NCBI GenBank assembly: GCA_963726255.1
Contig: CAVSBL010000002.1
Location: 576,001-640,000 of the forward strand
Source of the DNA: Candidatus Bathyarchaeota archaeon
Lineage (GTDB): Archaea; Thermoproteota; Bathyarchaeia; 40CM-2-53-6
Length of the DNA: 64,000 nt
Reading direction: 5' to 3'
Shown: positions 28,738-38,744 of the stretch, piece by piece
Numbering within the stretch: the first letter of the stretch is position 1
How the letters are laid out: each line of letters begins with the position of its first letter
The notes under the pieces: model-generated
Seen by the model: the letters and a program-made list of their open reading frames with translations, nothing else
Told to the model about the DNA's origin: nothing
Database searches by the model: none
Made by a program: the position numbers and the translations under genes

Positions 28738-29049
28738 TTAACGTCTTCGCAACGGGGCTAACTGAGCCTTTCGAGCGAAGTGGATTAGGTCGTGCAGGTC
28801 GTTCTCCACATTGAACCTATAGGTTTGAGCGTTCCCGACCTTTCGGCTCTTTCTTACATATCCGCGTCTCTCAAGCCTTTTCAGCGATTTCTGGATAGTC
28901 TTATAGTCTAGGTTGGTCGAGTCAGCGAGCATGCGGACGGTTTGTTCCATGTTTCCAACTATAATTGATTGGTCGAGCACCTTTGCTATCGCTCTACCTT
29001 GCGGGTTTCCGAAGAGGCTAGTTAGTGGCCCGTCTAGTTGAGTTTTCAT
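28738..29049 (-). CDS. Winged-helix DNA-binding protein
   Basis: LADSTNLDYKTIQKSLKRLERRGYVRKSRKVGNAQTYRFN. Confidence 0.8.
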   Translation of the reverse strand: MKTQLDGPLTSLFGNPQGRAIAKVLDQSIIVGNMEQTVRMLADSTNLDYKTIQKSLKRLERRGYVRKSRKVGNAQTYRFNVENDLHDLIHFARKAQLAPLRRR

Positions 29050-29136
29050 TGACCTCTCTCCACGGTAAGATGTGCATATGATAGCGCATATAAAAGTTTG
29101 TATCTAAACCCATAGAGAGTGGATTAGATTCCAAAG

Positions 29137-29562
29137 TTGAAAGAGGGCGACCCAGCGCACATCCAAGGATTCATACTATACAAACTCTGGATGATGCGAT
29201 GCTGGGCTAGAGGAGGCAGACACGGTAAACACATCGACCTGGAAGACGATTTACACACAAACTACGACAAGAAGTTTAAGGGCGAAATCTTGTCACAGGC
29301 GAGAGAACTGCACACCCGTCAGCTTGTCAGTATTTTCAAATCTGAGGGCCGTGACGCAATAGCGGCCGTCTTACCCTCTGAATCTGTAATACGCGCTGCA
29401 TTGCCGGTGATAAATGCCTATCTCAGGGCGATAGGAGAAGACCCGTTAGAAGCAGACATTCGAGAGATTATCACGGGTAAGCGGTCAGAGAAGAAAACCC
29501 AACTAACGAATGAGGAACTTCGGAAATATGCGAGATTGCACCGACAAGCCCAGAACTGCTAA
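29137..29562 (+). CDS. Hypothetical protein, possibly wHTH fold (ILYKL...W...KH motif)
   Basis: Intact 141-aa ORF divergent from the wHTH gene; TATAAAAG upstream. Confidence 0.6.
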   Translation: MKEGDPAHIQGFILYKLWMMRCWARGGRHGKHIDLEDDLHTNYDKKFKGEILSQARELHTRQLVSIFKSEGRDAIAAVLPSESVIRAALPVINAYLRAIGEDPLEADIREIITGKRSEKKTQLTNEELRKYARLHRQAQNC

Positions 29563-29747
29563 CCCCCCACAAGTTACCAGGCCACGAAACCACCCACCCA
29601 AGTTAACAAAACCCGAGAAATGGGGAGGTGGAGTGAAGGTTCCGGGATCGGTTTGCTGAATGGTTCCGAGCCCCTTGCTTGCCATGCTTGCGTTTTTGTA
29701 GCGCCACACTTTTCTAACAGAAGACTCACAGAGGCGAGCAGAATTCC

Positions 29748-29990
29748 TTGGCCTCAGTACTGCAGGTTAAGCGAAGCGATTGGGAGGCTTTCATTAAAGA
29801 GTTCTCTGAGCTCGCCAAAAAGCATGAACTCCTCCTCAAGAGGTTGGATTTGGCTGAAGCGGAGCTTGAGGCGCAAGACCAGCGAGTGAGGCAGGAAGTG
29901 AAAAGGAGCAGGAACGCCATAATGCGGATTCAATCTGCCATCGACAAACTCTGTAAGGAGACGGAGGATGCGTTGCATGCCACAAGATGA
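29748..29990 (+). CDS. Short coiled-coil protein
   Basis: Heptad-rich; N-terminal VKRSDWEAF motif. Confidence 0.65.
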   Translation: MASVLQVKRSDWEAFIKEFSELAKKHELLLKRLDLAEAELEAQDQRVRQEVKRSRNAIMRIQSAIDKLCKETEDALHATR

Positions 29991-30339
29991 AGCGAAACCT
30001 AAAACCGAATTATCATTCACACGAGACGACTGGGAACGTCTCGTCTCCTCCCTAGAGCGATTGATGGTCCTCCAACGAAAAACGCTTCAGAGGTTGAAGG
30101 AATTGAACCGGCGAAACGAAGTGCTAGATCGCAAACTTCGAAGAGCCACTTCTGCGCCTATTGCTAAGGCTTCAAAACCCGTCCGGCAACACCGCATCAA
30201 ACTTACTGGTGAACTGAGGGCGGCGGGTGTCGGGCCTGTTCGAGAGGGAACAGCGAAAGGGTCGTTGTGTTCATGCGGACGGGAGTTGCCGGCTGAGGCT
30301 AAGTTCTGTGACCGCTGCGGCCGCGCAGTCTTGCCTTGA
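29980..30339 (+). CDS. Coiled-coil protein with C-terminal zinc ribbon
   Basis: FTRDDWERL plus coiled coil; CSCG...AKFCDRCG. Confidence 0.7.
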   Translation, partial: PQDEAKPKTELSFTRDDWERLVSSLERLMVLQRKTLQRLKELNRRNEVLDRKLRRATSAPIAKASKPVRQHRIKLTGELRAAGVGPVREGTAKGSLCSCGRELPAEAKFCDRCGRAVLP

Positions 30340-30340
30340 T

Positions 30341-30619
30341 TTACTTTGGCAGTCGCTTGTCCGTTTCCCGAATGAGACGAGTTATGGTCTCCCGCGTTTT
30401 CCGAAGCGACTCATCCATCTGGCGCGAACCAGCGGTGAGGCTTACCTCGACAGACTCGATTTTGGCTTTAGATGCTTGAAGTTCATCATGTAATTGCTTG
30501 TTAGCCTTGTCTAGTTCGTCGATTCTCTTGACGAGTTGCTGGCAGCGGTCCATGAGGGATTGGTTGTCGGCTAGGAAGGCTTCGAATTCTTTTCGGTCGA
30601 CTGTGATCCGTTCAGACAT
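30341..30619 (-). CDS. Short coiled-coil protein
   Basis: ERITVDRKEFEAF; paralog of the gene at 62969-63259. Confidence 0.75.
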   Translation of the reverse strand: MSERITVDRKEFEAFLADNQSLMDRCQQLVKRIDELDKANKQLHDELQASKAKIESVEVSLTAGSRQMDESLRKTRETITRLIRETDKRLPK

Positions 30620-30760
30620 GGGGAAGTCTCGGCATTTGATGATTGTCTGAGTATTTGAGCGATTTCGGTAATGTTGCGGGTTTGTGGTTGCCGGGGTGCG
30701 ATGATCAGAATTAGGAGGTAGAAGTTATATGTCGGATTGACTAGGTTCACTTACTGGTGA

Positions 30761-31051
30761 TTGGGCATGTATGTTCTAGAACAAAGGCCAGAGCCCAATA
30801 GAACTCGCGTTGAGATACTTGCGAAGATCCTACAGGTCGCGGGGAACAGGATACTCAAAACGCATATTATGTATCGGGCGAATCTGAGCCATCGCCAGCT
30901 TGAGAAATATCTGGCCTTGCTTCAGGAGAATGGGTTGCTTGAGCAGGTCGTCGGCGAGGACGGGATAATGTACCGGGCAACCGAGAAGGGTAATGAGTTC
31001 TTGAAGGATTATGTGAGGCTGAATAGCCACCTAGTACCAGTTGCTACCTGA
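30761..31051 (+). CDS. Winged-helix regulator (HTH_45/ArnR1-like)
   Basis: RTRVEILAKIL...KTHIMYRANLSHRQLEKYL...YRATEKG. Confidence 0.87.
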   Translation: MGMYVLEQRPEPNRTRVEILAKILQVAGNRILKTHIMYRANLSHRQLEKYLALLQENGLLEQVVGEDGIMYRATEKGNEFLKDYVRLNSHLVPVAT

Positions 31052-31143
31052 AAATGAGTGGGTTTTGCGAAGAAGCCGAGGCGAGGGATTTACACCGACC
31101 TGTCCATTGTGTTTGGGTTGTTGTGCGTTAATGTTAAGGATTA

Positions 31144-31170
31144 ATGTTCTAGAACATATGTTCACAACAT
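31144..31170. promoter_or_regulatory. Palindromic operator candidate
   Basis: ATGTTCTAGAACAT perfect palindrome followed by ATGTTCACAACAT; the same core TGTTCTAGAACA occurs at 30772-30783. Confidence 0.6.
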
Positions 31171-31177
31171 CCTTCAT

Positions 31178-31534
31178 ATGCCCAGGGACATCTGGCAATC
31201 GAGTCATGTGGCTGAAGCATTGAGCAAGCGCAAACGCCAGTACAGGGGACGCATCGAGATCACAGCGAACATACTCGAAATCGCCAAAGCCGGTTCACGG
31301 AAGACGAAGATAATGTACCAGGGCAACCTAAGCTTCGACCTGACCCAGAAGTACTTGAAACAACTCGAAGACTTCGAGCTCATCGACGTCAAGACGAGCA
31401 ACGGCGACAAAGTGTACACGGTCACCCCGAAAGGGGAACAGTTTCTTGCGGACTTTTACGAATTACAGAAGCACGCAGAAATCGCTGACAGCAAGAAACG
31501 AGTTCTCCAGGTTGCACTAAGCGCTCCAAGGTAG
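31178..31534 (+). CDS. Winged-helix regulator (HTH_45/ArnR1-like)
   Basis: YRGRIEITANIL...KTKIMYQGNLSF...YTVTPKG. Confidence 0.87.
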   Translation: MPRDIWQSSHVAEALSKRKRQYRGRIEITANILEIAKAGSRKTKIMYQGNLSFDLTQKYLKQLEDFELIDVKTSNGDKVYTVTPKGEQFLADFYELQKHAEIADSKKRVLQVALSAPR

Positions 31535-31738
31535 CCTAGCAGCCTACCGGCAGTGCGCGTACAGATGGATGCACCCCCCTAGGGGGCGGGGTCCTTTTTA
31601 GGGGTCAGGCGCGGCTGATTTTGCGGTTTCTTCGGAGTGGACCTGAAGGTTACGATCCTTGTATGAAGGACAGGTTTCATGCTGCCACGGTCGGCCAACA
31701 CGATTACCGCGGTGGGACCGGTGAAGATGAATTAGAAT

Positions 31739-33772
31739 ATGCCATGTGAGCCACAGGAACACCATACTTTAAGCCAACAAAACCCACGGACATGGAACAT
31801 GGAATTTGCGGCGAAGCTATCGCGTTGCGTCAGCGGAGTGAGCCTGGGGATAGGGCTACTAGTACTTTTGAATTCACTTGAAATTCCATTCTACCTATAC
31901 TATCCACATGTAACGCAGACGATCCTAACCTCAGCCGCCTACGACCTCTACTTCTTCCTCGCATCGAGTGTCTCCGTTCCGTGCATACTTATACTCAATA
32001 AATCGAAATTGCCCAGGCCGGGATTAATCGGGATTCTCGCTATGTGGGCGGCTGCGGTAACACTCACGGTTCTTGGCATAAATTATGCGGTCGTGATTCT
32101 CTACGCGACCGTTGCCTTCGGCGTCATTTTGAGCGTTTCAAAGTCTGAGGTGCGCGGAGTTGCAATCGGTGATGTGTTGGCTCCTACGCTGAGCATTTTC
32201 GTTCTCATAGAGGCGTCGCCCCTGTACTATTGGGCTGGTGCCGCGCTCAACCCACACGGACAAGTGGGGTTGTTATCTCAGGAGCTTGAACTCAACCTGA
32301 CCTTTTCGCTTTTTCCAATAGCTATTGGGCTGATGCTTCTGCTGCTCTTATCCTGGATACCCCTAACAATACGTTTTCCGCGCAAACCACTTGTTATTCG
32401 CTATGAACCAACCGCTAAGCCCACTAACATCAGACTGCTGGCTGCTTCGCTGGACCTATTCGCAATTCTAGCCATAATCATATTCTTCTACCCGTACCTG
32501 GCGGGGCAGGCATGGATTGTTGGAGTCGATTCCTACTGGAGGTACCTGAACCCGCTGAACGCCCTGGCCGGCCTCACAATGTACCAGGCGTTCGCTACGT
32601 CGTACACACACGGATTGTACGTTGCATTCCTTTACCTCATAGAACTCGCAACGCGCATGAGTATTTTCTCAGTCGTGAAATATGCTCCACTAATTCTCGC
32701 CTTTGCAACAGCCTCAACAGTCTTCCTGGCGATCCTTAAGGGAGGGTGGAATCAAGAACTTGCAATCCTTTCAGCAATATGCACCTTGCTTTGGTTGCCA
32801 ACGACGCTTGGGATCTACGCCGGCATTCAAGCCAACTGGGTTGCCTACTTGCTCTGGATGCTCTTTCTCTCACTTTACTTTCGAAGCGGGACTTGGAATG
32901 TGATAACCTTCGTTGTCGAAGGATTCATCTCGTTCGCTATTTTCGTAATTCATCCTTGGACTTGGGGAGTCTTTTTCACAACGCTGCTGATAACCATCCT
33001 CGTTTCCTGGCGTACTGCATGGAAGGATCGGTCAGTACGGGGTGCGCTGGCAGCGGTCATCATTGCTCTCCCGGTGGGTGCAGGAGCTTACGAGGTTCTT
33101 CCGAACTTAAGGTATGATATGATGAATGCCCTCGGCCTGTACGCCTCGCCAGTTATCCAGCCGAGTAGCTTGCTAACGTTTGGGAGTGCAATGCAAGAAC
33201 TATTCGTGAATTGGACTCCTTTCATTTCGCCCCTCCTCCTTCTCCTCTGCCTAGTCGGCGTCTACAGCCTTTCTGGAAGGCAGGGAGGGGCAAGAAACTA
33301 TTTGGTGGCCTGGATCGTTACTTGGTTTATTGGATCAATCCTCGTTGCCCCATCCGGATACAACCCGACCAATCCCGGGGTGAGCGAAACGGGCCTATGG
33401 CGGATGCTTTACGTTTCACCGCTCCCAATCCTCCTTGCCTTAGGCTTGGAGAAATGCCTGGACATTTCGAAGCGGTGGCAAATCCCTAGCTTAGGAGAGA
33501 ATTGGCCTCGGAAATCACACCTCACCTCTTTGGCGTTGATTGCCGTGAGTGCGGGCCTGTTCCTCTTCGAGGACCCACTTGTTAGATTAGCAATCTTAGC
33601 GGGCGTCGTTGTTGGGGTCATAGTGGTTGAATTCAAGTTTCCGAGGTATCAGACGGCTCGAAGCTTTCTTGCGGTGATTCTGATCCTCCTCTTGGTGAAC
33701 GCCGCCTTCCGCAGCCTTTACCCCTTGCTACTCGACCCCCACAGCCTTTTCGGGCCAGTGGGAGCACAGTAG
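31739..33772 (+). CDS. Large polytopic membrane protein (possibly GT-C-like)
   Basis: Many TM segments; GVDSYWRY loop; HPWTW motif. Confidence 0.7.
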   Translation: MPCEPQEHHTLSQQNPRTWNMEFAAKLSRCVSGVSLGIGLLVLLNSLEIPFYLYYPHVTQTILTSAAYDLYFFLASSVSVPCILILNKSKLPRPGLIGILAMWAAAVTLTVLGINYAVVILYATVAFGVILSVSKSEVRGVAIGDVLAPTLSIFVLIEASPLYYWAGAALNPHGQVGLLSQELELNLTFSLFPIAIGLMLLLLLSWIPLTIRFPRKPLVIRYEPTAKPTNIRLLAASLDLFAILAIIIFFYPYLAGQAWIVGVDSYWRYLNPLNALAGLTMYQAFATSYTHGLYVAFLYLIELATRMSIFSVVKYAPLILAFATASTVFLAILKGGWNQELAILSAICTLLWLPTTLGIYAGIQANWVAYLLWMLFLSLYFRSGTWNVITFVVEGFISFAIFVIHPWTWGVFFTTLLITILVSWRTAWKDRSVRGALAAVIIALPVGAGAYEVLPNLRYDMMNALGLYASPVIQPSSLLTFGSAMQELFVNWTPFISPLLLLLCLVGVYSLSGRQGGARNYLVAWIVTWFIGSILVAPSGYNPTNPGVSETGLWRMLYVSPLPILLALGLEKCLDISKRWQIPSLGENWPRKSHLTSLALIAVSAGLFLFEDPLVRLAILAGVVVGVIVVEFKFPRYQTARSFLAVILILLLVNAAFRSLYPLLLDPHSLFGPVGAQ

Positions 33773-33830
33773 GTCCCTGTTCTGTATCGAGCAACCATAT
33801 GCTATATATACCGAAGGTAAGGTTTATTTC

Positions 33831-34481
33831 ATGATGCCAATGCAGGCTTTGAAGCTAACCGCCATAGTTGCACTCGTACTTTTCGCACTGCCGATGGTCT
33901 CGGTATTCGGCGCGGGCTATGCGATATCCACACCAATCCTTGGAACCACAGGCGCTCCCGCTCTGGCGTCCCCAAGTCTCTACTCCGGTGTCTTGAGCGT
34001 CCTTTACGCGGATGGAGCACCAGTCGTGCTAGCCTCCAATCATATAACGCTGAACGTGTGTGGAACTACGGGTTGCGTGACGGTTGCCTCGACATTGAAG
34101 CAGACGGCTCCTGGAACGTACACTTACACGTTCACACCACCATCTCTCACCGGAACAATCACCATATACATTCAGTCGGGTAGCCTAGCCGATGACAATG
34201 GAAGAATCTTCCCGAGCGTCGATACTTCCATAGGTACTTACGCCTCTGCAGCTTCAAGCACGTCGAGTTCAGGTCAGTCGTCAAATCCTGTTCCAACTCA
34301 AACCCCAACTCAGACTCCCGCAGCACAACCACAATCCCCTGAGTCAACCCAGTTAACCAAGCAAGCTGTTTCCAGCACGGAACCTAACCAGCAATCACCC
34401 GTCTCAGAAGTCGTTTTGGCCTTGACTCTTCTCGCAGTTGCAGCCGTCGGCCTAGTCTTGTATCCATCGCGGCTCCTATGA
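33831..34481 (+). CDS. Secreted/surface protein with Ser/Thr/Pro linker and C-terminal TM anchor
   Basis: Signal peptide, beta-rich domain, PTQTPTQTP linker, C-terminal TM. Confidence 0.78.
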   Translation: MMPMQALKLTAIVALVLFALPMVSVFGAGYAISTPILGTTGAPALASPSLYSGVLSVLYADGAPVVLASNHITLNVCGTTGCVTVASTLKQTAPGTYTYTFTPPSLTGTITIYIQSGSLADDNGRIFPSVDTSIGTYASAASSTSSSGQSSNPVPTQTPTQTPAAQPQSPESTQLTKQAVSSTEPNQQSPVSEVVLALTLLAVAAVGLVLYPSRLL

Positions 34482-34606
34482 CTCGGTTGCCAGCGCCGTC
34501 CTCAGATTAACCAGAGTCTTTCTGCTCTGCACTATTCAGGGTGTGGGCTTCTAACCCCGCAAGTTAGTATCGAAAATACCTCAGAACCAGAGGAATTGCA
34601 GATAGT

Positions 34607-35908
34607 TCAACGTGCAACCTGAGGCACAACAGATAGCAGAAGGATGATTCCGTATACAGTTGCTGCTAGAAATATGCCAGCTAGGAATACGGCGGCGATA
34701 CGCAATCTCCGCCGGTTGATCAGCACACCGGTCCTACCATAGGCAGGCGCCAGGAGCTCTGAGCCTGTCAACAGGAAGATGGACATAACTGCCGCCCATA
34801 AACTCAGGCTGCCCAACGTCAACGGCAGAAATGGAACCGACTGCGCCAAAATCAAATTCAGTCCTCCCACCGGGTTAGTGGAAGTCTCAGAGTTCGGATG
34901 TGAATTATCATAGGTAGAATCGCGATAAATCATGGTCCACCCAAAGCGTTGACCCGCTAAGAGAGTTGTCCTAAACCCGACTCCAGGTCTCGAGCCCCCC
35001 ATAATACTAGGGTCGAGTGTCATCGCGCTGATACCGGCAATATCCAAGAACGTTGCCCCGGCTGGCAACGTAATATTAAATGAACCCGGCACAGAATGGT
35101 ATCCATCGCTGAAGGTTCCCCACGCCGATTCCTGCCAATTGAACACGAAAACTCCTCCATTCAATCCCCACAAACCATACACAAGGTCGAAACTCAACGC
35201 GAATCTATACCCGTCTGAGCGCGCAGCACCCAGATTAACCACAACTCGGCCGGTTTTATTGGACGCCACTACATCAAGCGCACGTTTCGAGGGGAATTCG
35301 TAGGCGGTAATGTTCGTTGCAAAAGGCAGATACACCAGGTAGGAGCTCCAAGTGCCATTGCTAGGGTGAATTGTAACCATCAAATCCCCATGGACACGAG
35401 GTGGCTCGGACTGTGTAACCTCGAACTTCCAATAGTCATCCTGCGTGATAATCGAGATGACTGAAAAATAGTCCGAGTAAAGATTGATACCGCCAGCCTG
35501 CAAAGTCAGTGTCCAAAGTCCGAACTTGGTTGCGGCGTCAGTGTACCTGACTGGGAAATAGTAGGTGAAAGTACAAGGTGAAACATCACAGTGGAGTTGT
35601 TGGGTCTGATTAAGAAACACTTGCCCACCTGGATCGATCCAGAGCCAAGTTACATTCGCATCAGCTAAAGCCGCAGTGAAATATGCTAAGACCGCAGAGT
35701 CATCCTGGGTGAAAGCTGAGGTTTTGTTGACTGCACCAAAGTGCCCCTTCTGAGTGTAAGTGATTTGCTTGGTTAAACCGTGATCATACACTACTATGGC
35801 TACAGCGGGAGTCGCGCCGGCGCGACTATCCACTGGTAACGCAACAGCCAACAGCGAAAGCAAAATTGCCAAAAGGCATTTTGTTGGGAGGACTAGGCGC
35901 GAGGCCAT
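34607..35908 (-). CDS. Exported beta-rich protein with C-terminal TM helices
   Basis: Signal peptide, many N-x-S/T sequons, two C-terminal TM segments. Confidence 0.72.
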   Translation of the reverse strand: MASRLVLPTKCLLAILLSLLAVALPVDSRAGATPAVAIVVYDHGLTKQITYTQKGHFGAVNKTSAFTQDDSAVLAYFTAALADANVTWLWIDPGGQVFLNQTQQLHCDVSPCTFTYYFPVRYTDAATKFGLWTLTLQAGGINLYSDYFSVISIITQDDYWKFEVTQSEPPRVHGDLMVTIHPSNGTWSSYLVYLPFATNITAYEFPSKRALDVVASNKTGRVVVNLGAARSDGYRFALSFDLVYGLWGLNGGVFVFNWQESAWGTFSDGYHSVPGSFNITLPAGATFLDIAGISAMTLDPSIMGGSRPGVGFRTTLLAGQRFGWTMIYRDSTYDNSHPNSETSTNPVGGLNLILAQSVPFLPLTLGSLSLWAAVMSIFLLTGSELLAPAYGRTGVLINRRRLRIAAVFLAGIFLAATVYGIILLLSVVPQVAR

Positions 35909-35919
35909 GGCGAACGTGC

Positions 35920-36957
35920 CTATAGCCTTGGTCGGTTCAGCAACTCATAAGTGGAATAGGTCGTCCTCTTGTCCGAGGACAATACGTCCTCCTCGAAAAG
36001 CACGGCCTTCCCTGAAGCAATCGCGAGAATGCATGCCAACGCGCTACACATAGGGCACCCAAGCCCGCACCGCCTGCTCGTTTCCCGTATTTCTCTACAG
36101 AAATCGGTATAAATTGAATCTACGAGTTTCAAGTCTACTCGGTCGCCTTTTACTTTAGCCTCGACATCGCGTACAATCTCAAGGTCCTCAACTAAGACCT
36201 TCGGCAGAGCTCGAAGAACCGTCTCCACTCCACAGTTTTTCAAGGTGAAACCCAGTTTCTTCTCAATCAAGCTGGCTAGCGCGAGACCAGGCGGCACTAC
36301 TAACATGCCTCGAGGGTCGTCGAGGAAGGTTTTGCCTTCAACCGCACTGCTCTCGGGTAGCCTTGAAAATGGCTCGAAAGGAACGAAGACAACAGCCTTC
36401 TCCTTTCCAGCCGGGATATATACCCCCTTCTCACGATAGCCCATTCCCATCATCATTTTATCAATGGTCTTCAATGATGAAACTGCAGTTGCATTCATCA
36501 AATCCGACTTCACGTATTTTTGCGGTTGAACGAAGAATGCAAGCATTCCCCAGAGTACTAATCCGAGGCCGATGAAGGTTAGGATTGTCGAGGTAATCAA
36601 GACTGAAGCTGTCAAAGTCACAAAACCAATTCCTAAGAGAAGATACCCTGCCAACCGAGAGACATTTTGCGATTTTCTAATCGCAGCTCCTATTGATGGT
36701 TCATGATCAAGTTGGGGGAGAGCTTCAGCTGTAGGGAGTTCGAGCACTGATTCATTTTGACCAACATCGCGATTCTCTACAGAAATTGCGCTGGGATCAG
36801 CCAATCCACTCAAACGTCGATCCATGTCGCTTGTCCTAGTTCTGGCAACTCGTAGAAGTGAAGAATATCTTTCGGAGCATTCTTCGCACAGAATATCTCC
36901 ACTCATCGACGGCCGTGTTCCGCAAACCTCACACTTAAGCTTCCGCAATCTTAACAA
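35920..36957 (-). CDS. Membrane protein with N-terminal CxxC...CxxC and C-terminal CPMCSALAC
   Basis: Two TM helices and Cys clusters. Confidence 0.7.
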   Translation of the reverse strand: MLRLRKLKCEVCGTRPSMSGDILCEECSERYSSLLRVARTRTSDMDRRLSGLADPSAISVENRDVGQNESVLELPTAEALPQLDHEPSIGAAIRKSQNVSRLAGYLLLGIGFVTLTASVLITSTILTFIGLGLVLWGMLAFFVQPQKYVKSDLMNATAVSSLKTIDKMMMGMGYREKGVYIPAGKEKAVVFVPFEPFSRLPESSAVEGKTFLDDPRGMLVVPPGLALASLIEKKLGFTLKNCGVETVLRALPKVLVEDLEIVRDVEAKVKGDRVDLKLVDSIYTDFCREIRETSRRCGLGCPMCSALACILAIASGKAVLFEEDVLSSDKRTTYSTYELLNRPRL

Positions 36958-37320
36958 CTATCCCCAATGAGCTGCGAACGTCTTAACCAAGTACTGCTCG
37001 CTTTAAGAATTGATGTGGCGCGAACAGCAACGCGTGCTGCCGCTACATCGCGTCCCTGGCTGAGAACCGCTGTTGCGTCGTTCTTCGACACATGCAAGCT
37101 AAAGTAACCTCCGTATCACCAATTTTCGTATCAATGCTGGTTGTGGGAGTAGCTTAGCCAAATTCAAACGACAGCGATGCGTAATGCCAACGCACTCTAA
37201 TAGGTAGAATGCTGGAGGTAACTAGAAATCAGTCGCGTTTGTTCTATGATGAACAACTAGTCATGTGATTCATAAAACTACTTAAACAATCACTCCAATT
37301 GTGAGAACGTTGACTAAGAA

Positions 37321-37755
37321 ATGCTGCCTGGACCTACCACAAAAGAATTCGAGATTTCATTAGGCTCATGGAAGTCATCGCGCGAACTGTTTTCGCGAAA
37401 GAAGCCATTTTTGACATTTGACATGTTATCCACATTGCGGCTCAGCAGTATTAGAAAGGGCAGCTGGGCGAAGTTAAGCTCTACTGAGAAAGCGCTGTTT
37501 CGATGCGCCCTCTGGGTCGCTCAAGTAAGGAAGCGCATAGTCAATGAGACGTTGGTGGCGCAAGTCTTGGACATAGCATGGCATCTCCTTGAAAGCATCC
37601 AGAACCGCATCACAGTCGTCGGTGAAAATAGAGCTAGGATTATGCTAGAGAAATACAGCAAGCCCGATGGAGTCTTCGATTGGGCTCCCCAAGTGAAAAA
37701 ATGGCTGTATGATATGACGTACGTTTTCTATCTGGGGGTAAACTCGCAACCATGA
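37321..37755 (+). CDS. Hypothetical protein
   Basis: RKGSWAKLS..EKAL and WAPQVKKWL...YVFYLG; ATGA overlap with the next gene. Confidence 0.65.
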   Translation: MLPGPTTKEFEISLGSWKSSRELFSRKKPFLTFDMLSTLRLSSIRKGSWAKLSSTEKALFRCALWVAQVRKRIVNETLVAQVLDIAWHLLESIQNRITVVGENRARIMLEKYSKPDGVFDWAPQVKKWLYDMTYVFYLGVNSQP

Positions 37756-38744
37756 TGATGGAAAGTTCAGAGAAGAACATCGAACGCCTAGAGGCCCCCC
37801 AAAGCAACGACACACTCATGTTCCATCTGTCAAGAATGGGTCTCATCAGAAACGTCACGCTGAGCGACGGAACGATAGAATATCAAGTGACCGCCCGAGG
37901 TCTCCAATATATAGCAGACTATGAAGCTATTCAACACGAATCAGAGTCGTCGAGTTACACAATCCCTCATTTGAACACGGTTCCATTTCCGCCAGAAAAT
38001 GGAATTGCTTTTTTGCGTGCCTGCAACAAATCTGAATTCAGCTTACAACTCGAATATACCAATATGACGCGGGTATCCTTACTGATTCCCACGCTACATG
38101 AAAAGAAGAACATTGGGAATCTCTTGAATAGCTTAGCAGAAAACGTCCCAGGGCTCAAAGAGATAATCGTTGTTGACGGAGGCGGAGATGGGACCGCCGA
38201 AGTCGCGGCTGCACTAGGCGTGCGGGTCATTCTCCAAGAAGCAGTTGGAAAGGGTGATGCCTTGCGGCAGGCATTTGCAAGCAATTTTAGCGGAGACGTC
38301 GTTGTAACCATTGATGCTGATGGGTCGAACCGACCTGAAGAAATTCCGCGACTTGTCAAAGCCGTGCAGAACGGAGCAAGCATTGCGAAAGGGTCTCGCT
38401 TCTTAAAGGGTGGCGGATCAACTGACCTAAGCCGAATTCGGAAAATCGGCAACTACCTGTTCGTCCACCTCGTGAATCTAATCTGGCCAGGAGATTACAC
38501 GGACCTTTGCTATGGGTTCGTTGCTTTTAGGAGAGATGCGTTGATGAAGCTCGCGCCATTATTGGAATCGAAGCACTTCGAGATAGAAACAGAAATCTGC
38601 ATCAAGGCACGGAAACTTAGACTGAAAGTAGTAGAGGTACCCAGTATCGAACTAAAGCGACGGCATGGGACCTCCAAGTTGCGAGGGGTTCATGACAGCG
38701 TGCGCATAATGAAGACCGTAATACGCGAACTATTTTCCACTTGA
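37752..38744 (+). CDS. GT2 glycosyltransferase (DPM synthase-like) with an N-terminal wHTH-like fragment
   Basis: IIVVDGG, GKGDAL, IDADGS, GSRF, TDLCYGF, FEIETE. Confidence 0.85.
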   Translation: MMMESSEKNIERLEAPQSNDTLMFHLSRMGLIRNVTLSDGTIEYQVTARGLQYIADYEAIQHESESSSYTIPHLNTVPFPPENGIAFLRACNKSEFSLQLEYTNMTRVSLLIPTLHEKKNIGNLLNSLAENVPGLKEIIVVDGGGDGTAEVAAALGVRVILQEAVGKGDALRQAFASNFSGDVVVTIDADGSNRPEEIPRLVKAVQNGASIAKGSRFLKGGGSTDLSRIRKIGNYLFVHLVNLIWPGDYTDLCYGFVAFRRDALMKLAPLLESKHFEIETEICIKARKLRLKVVEVPSIELKRRHGTSKLRGVHDSVRIMKTVIRELFST

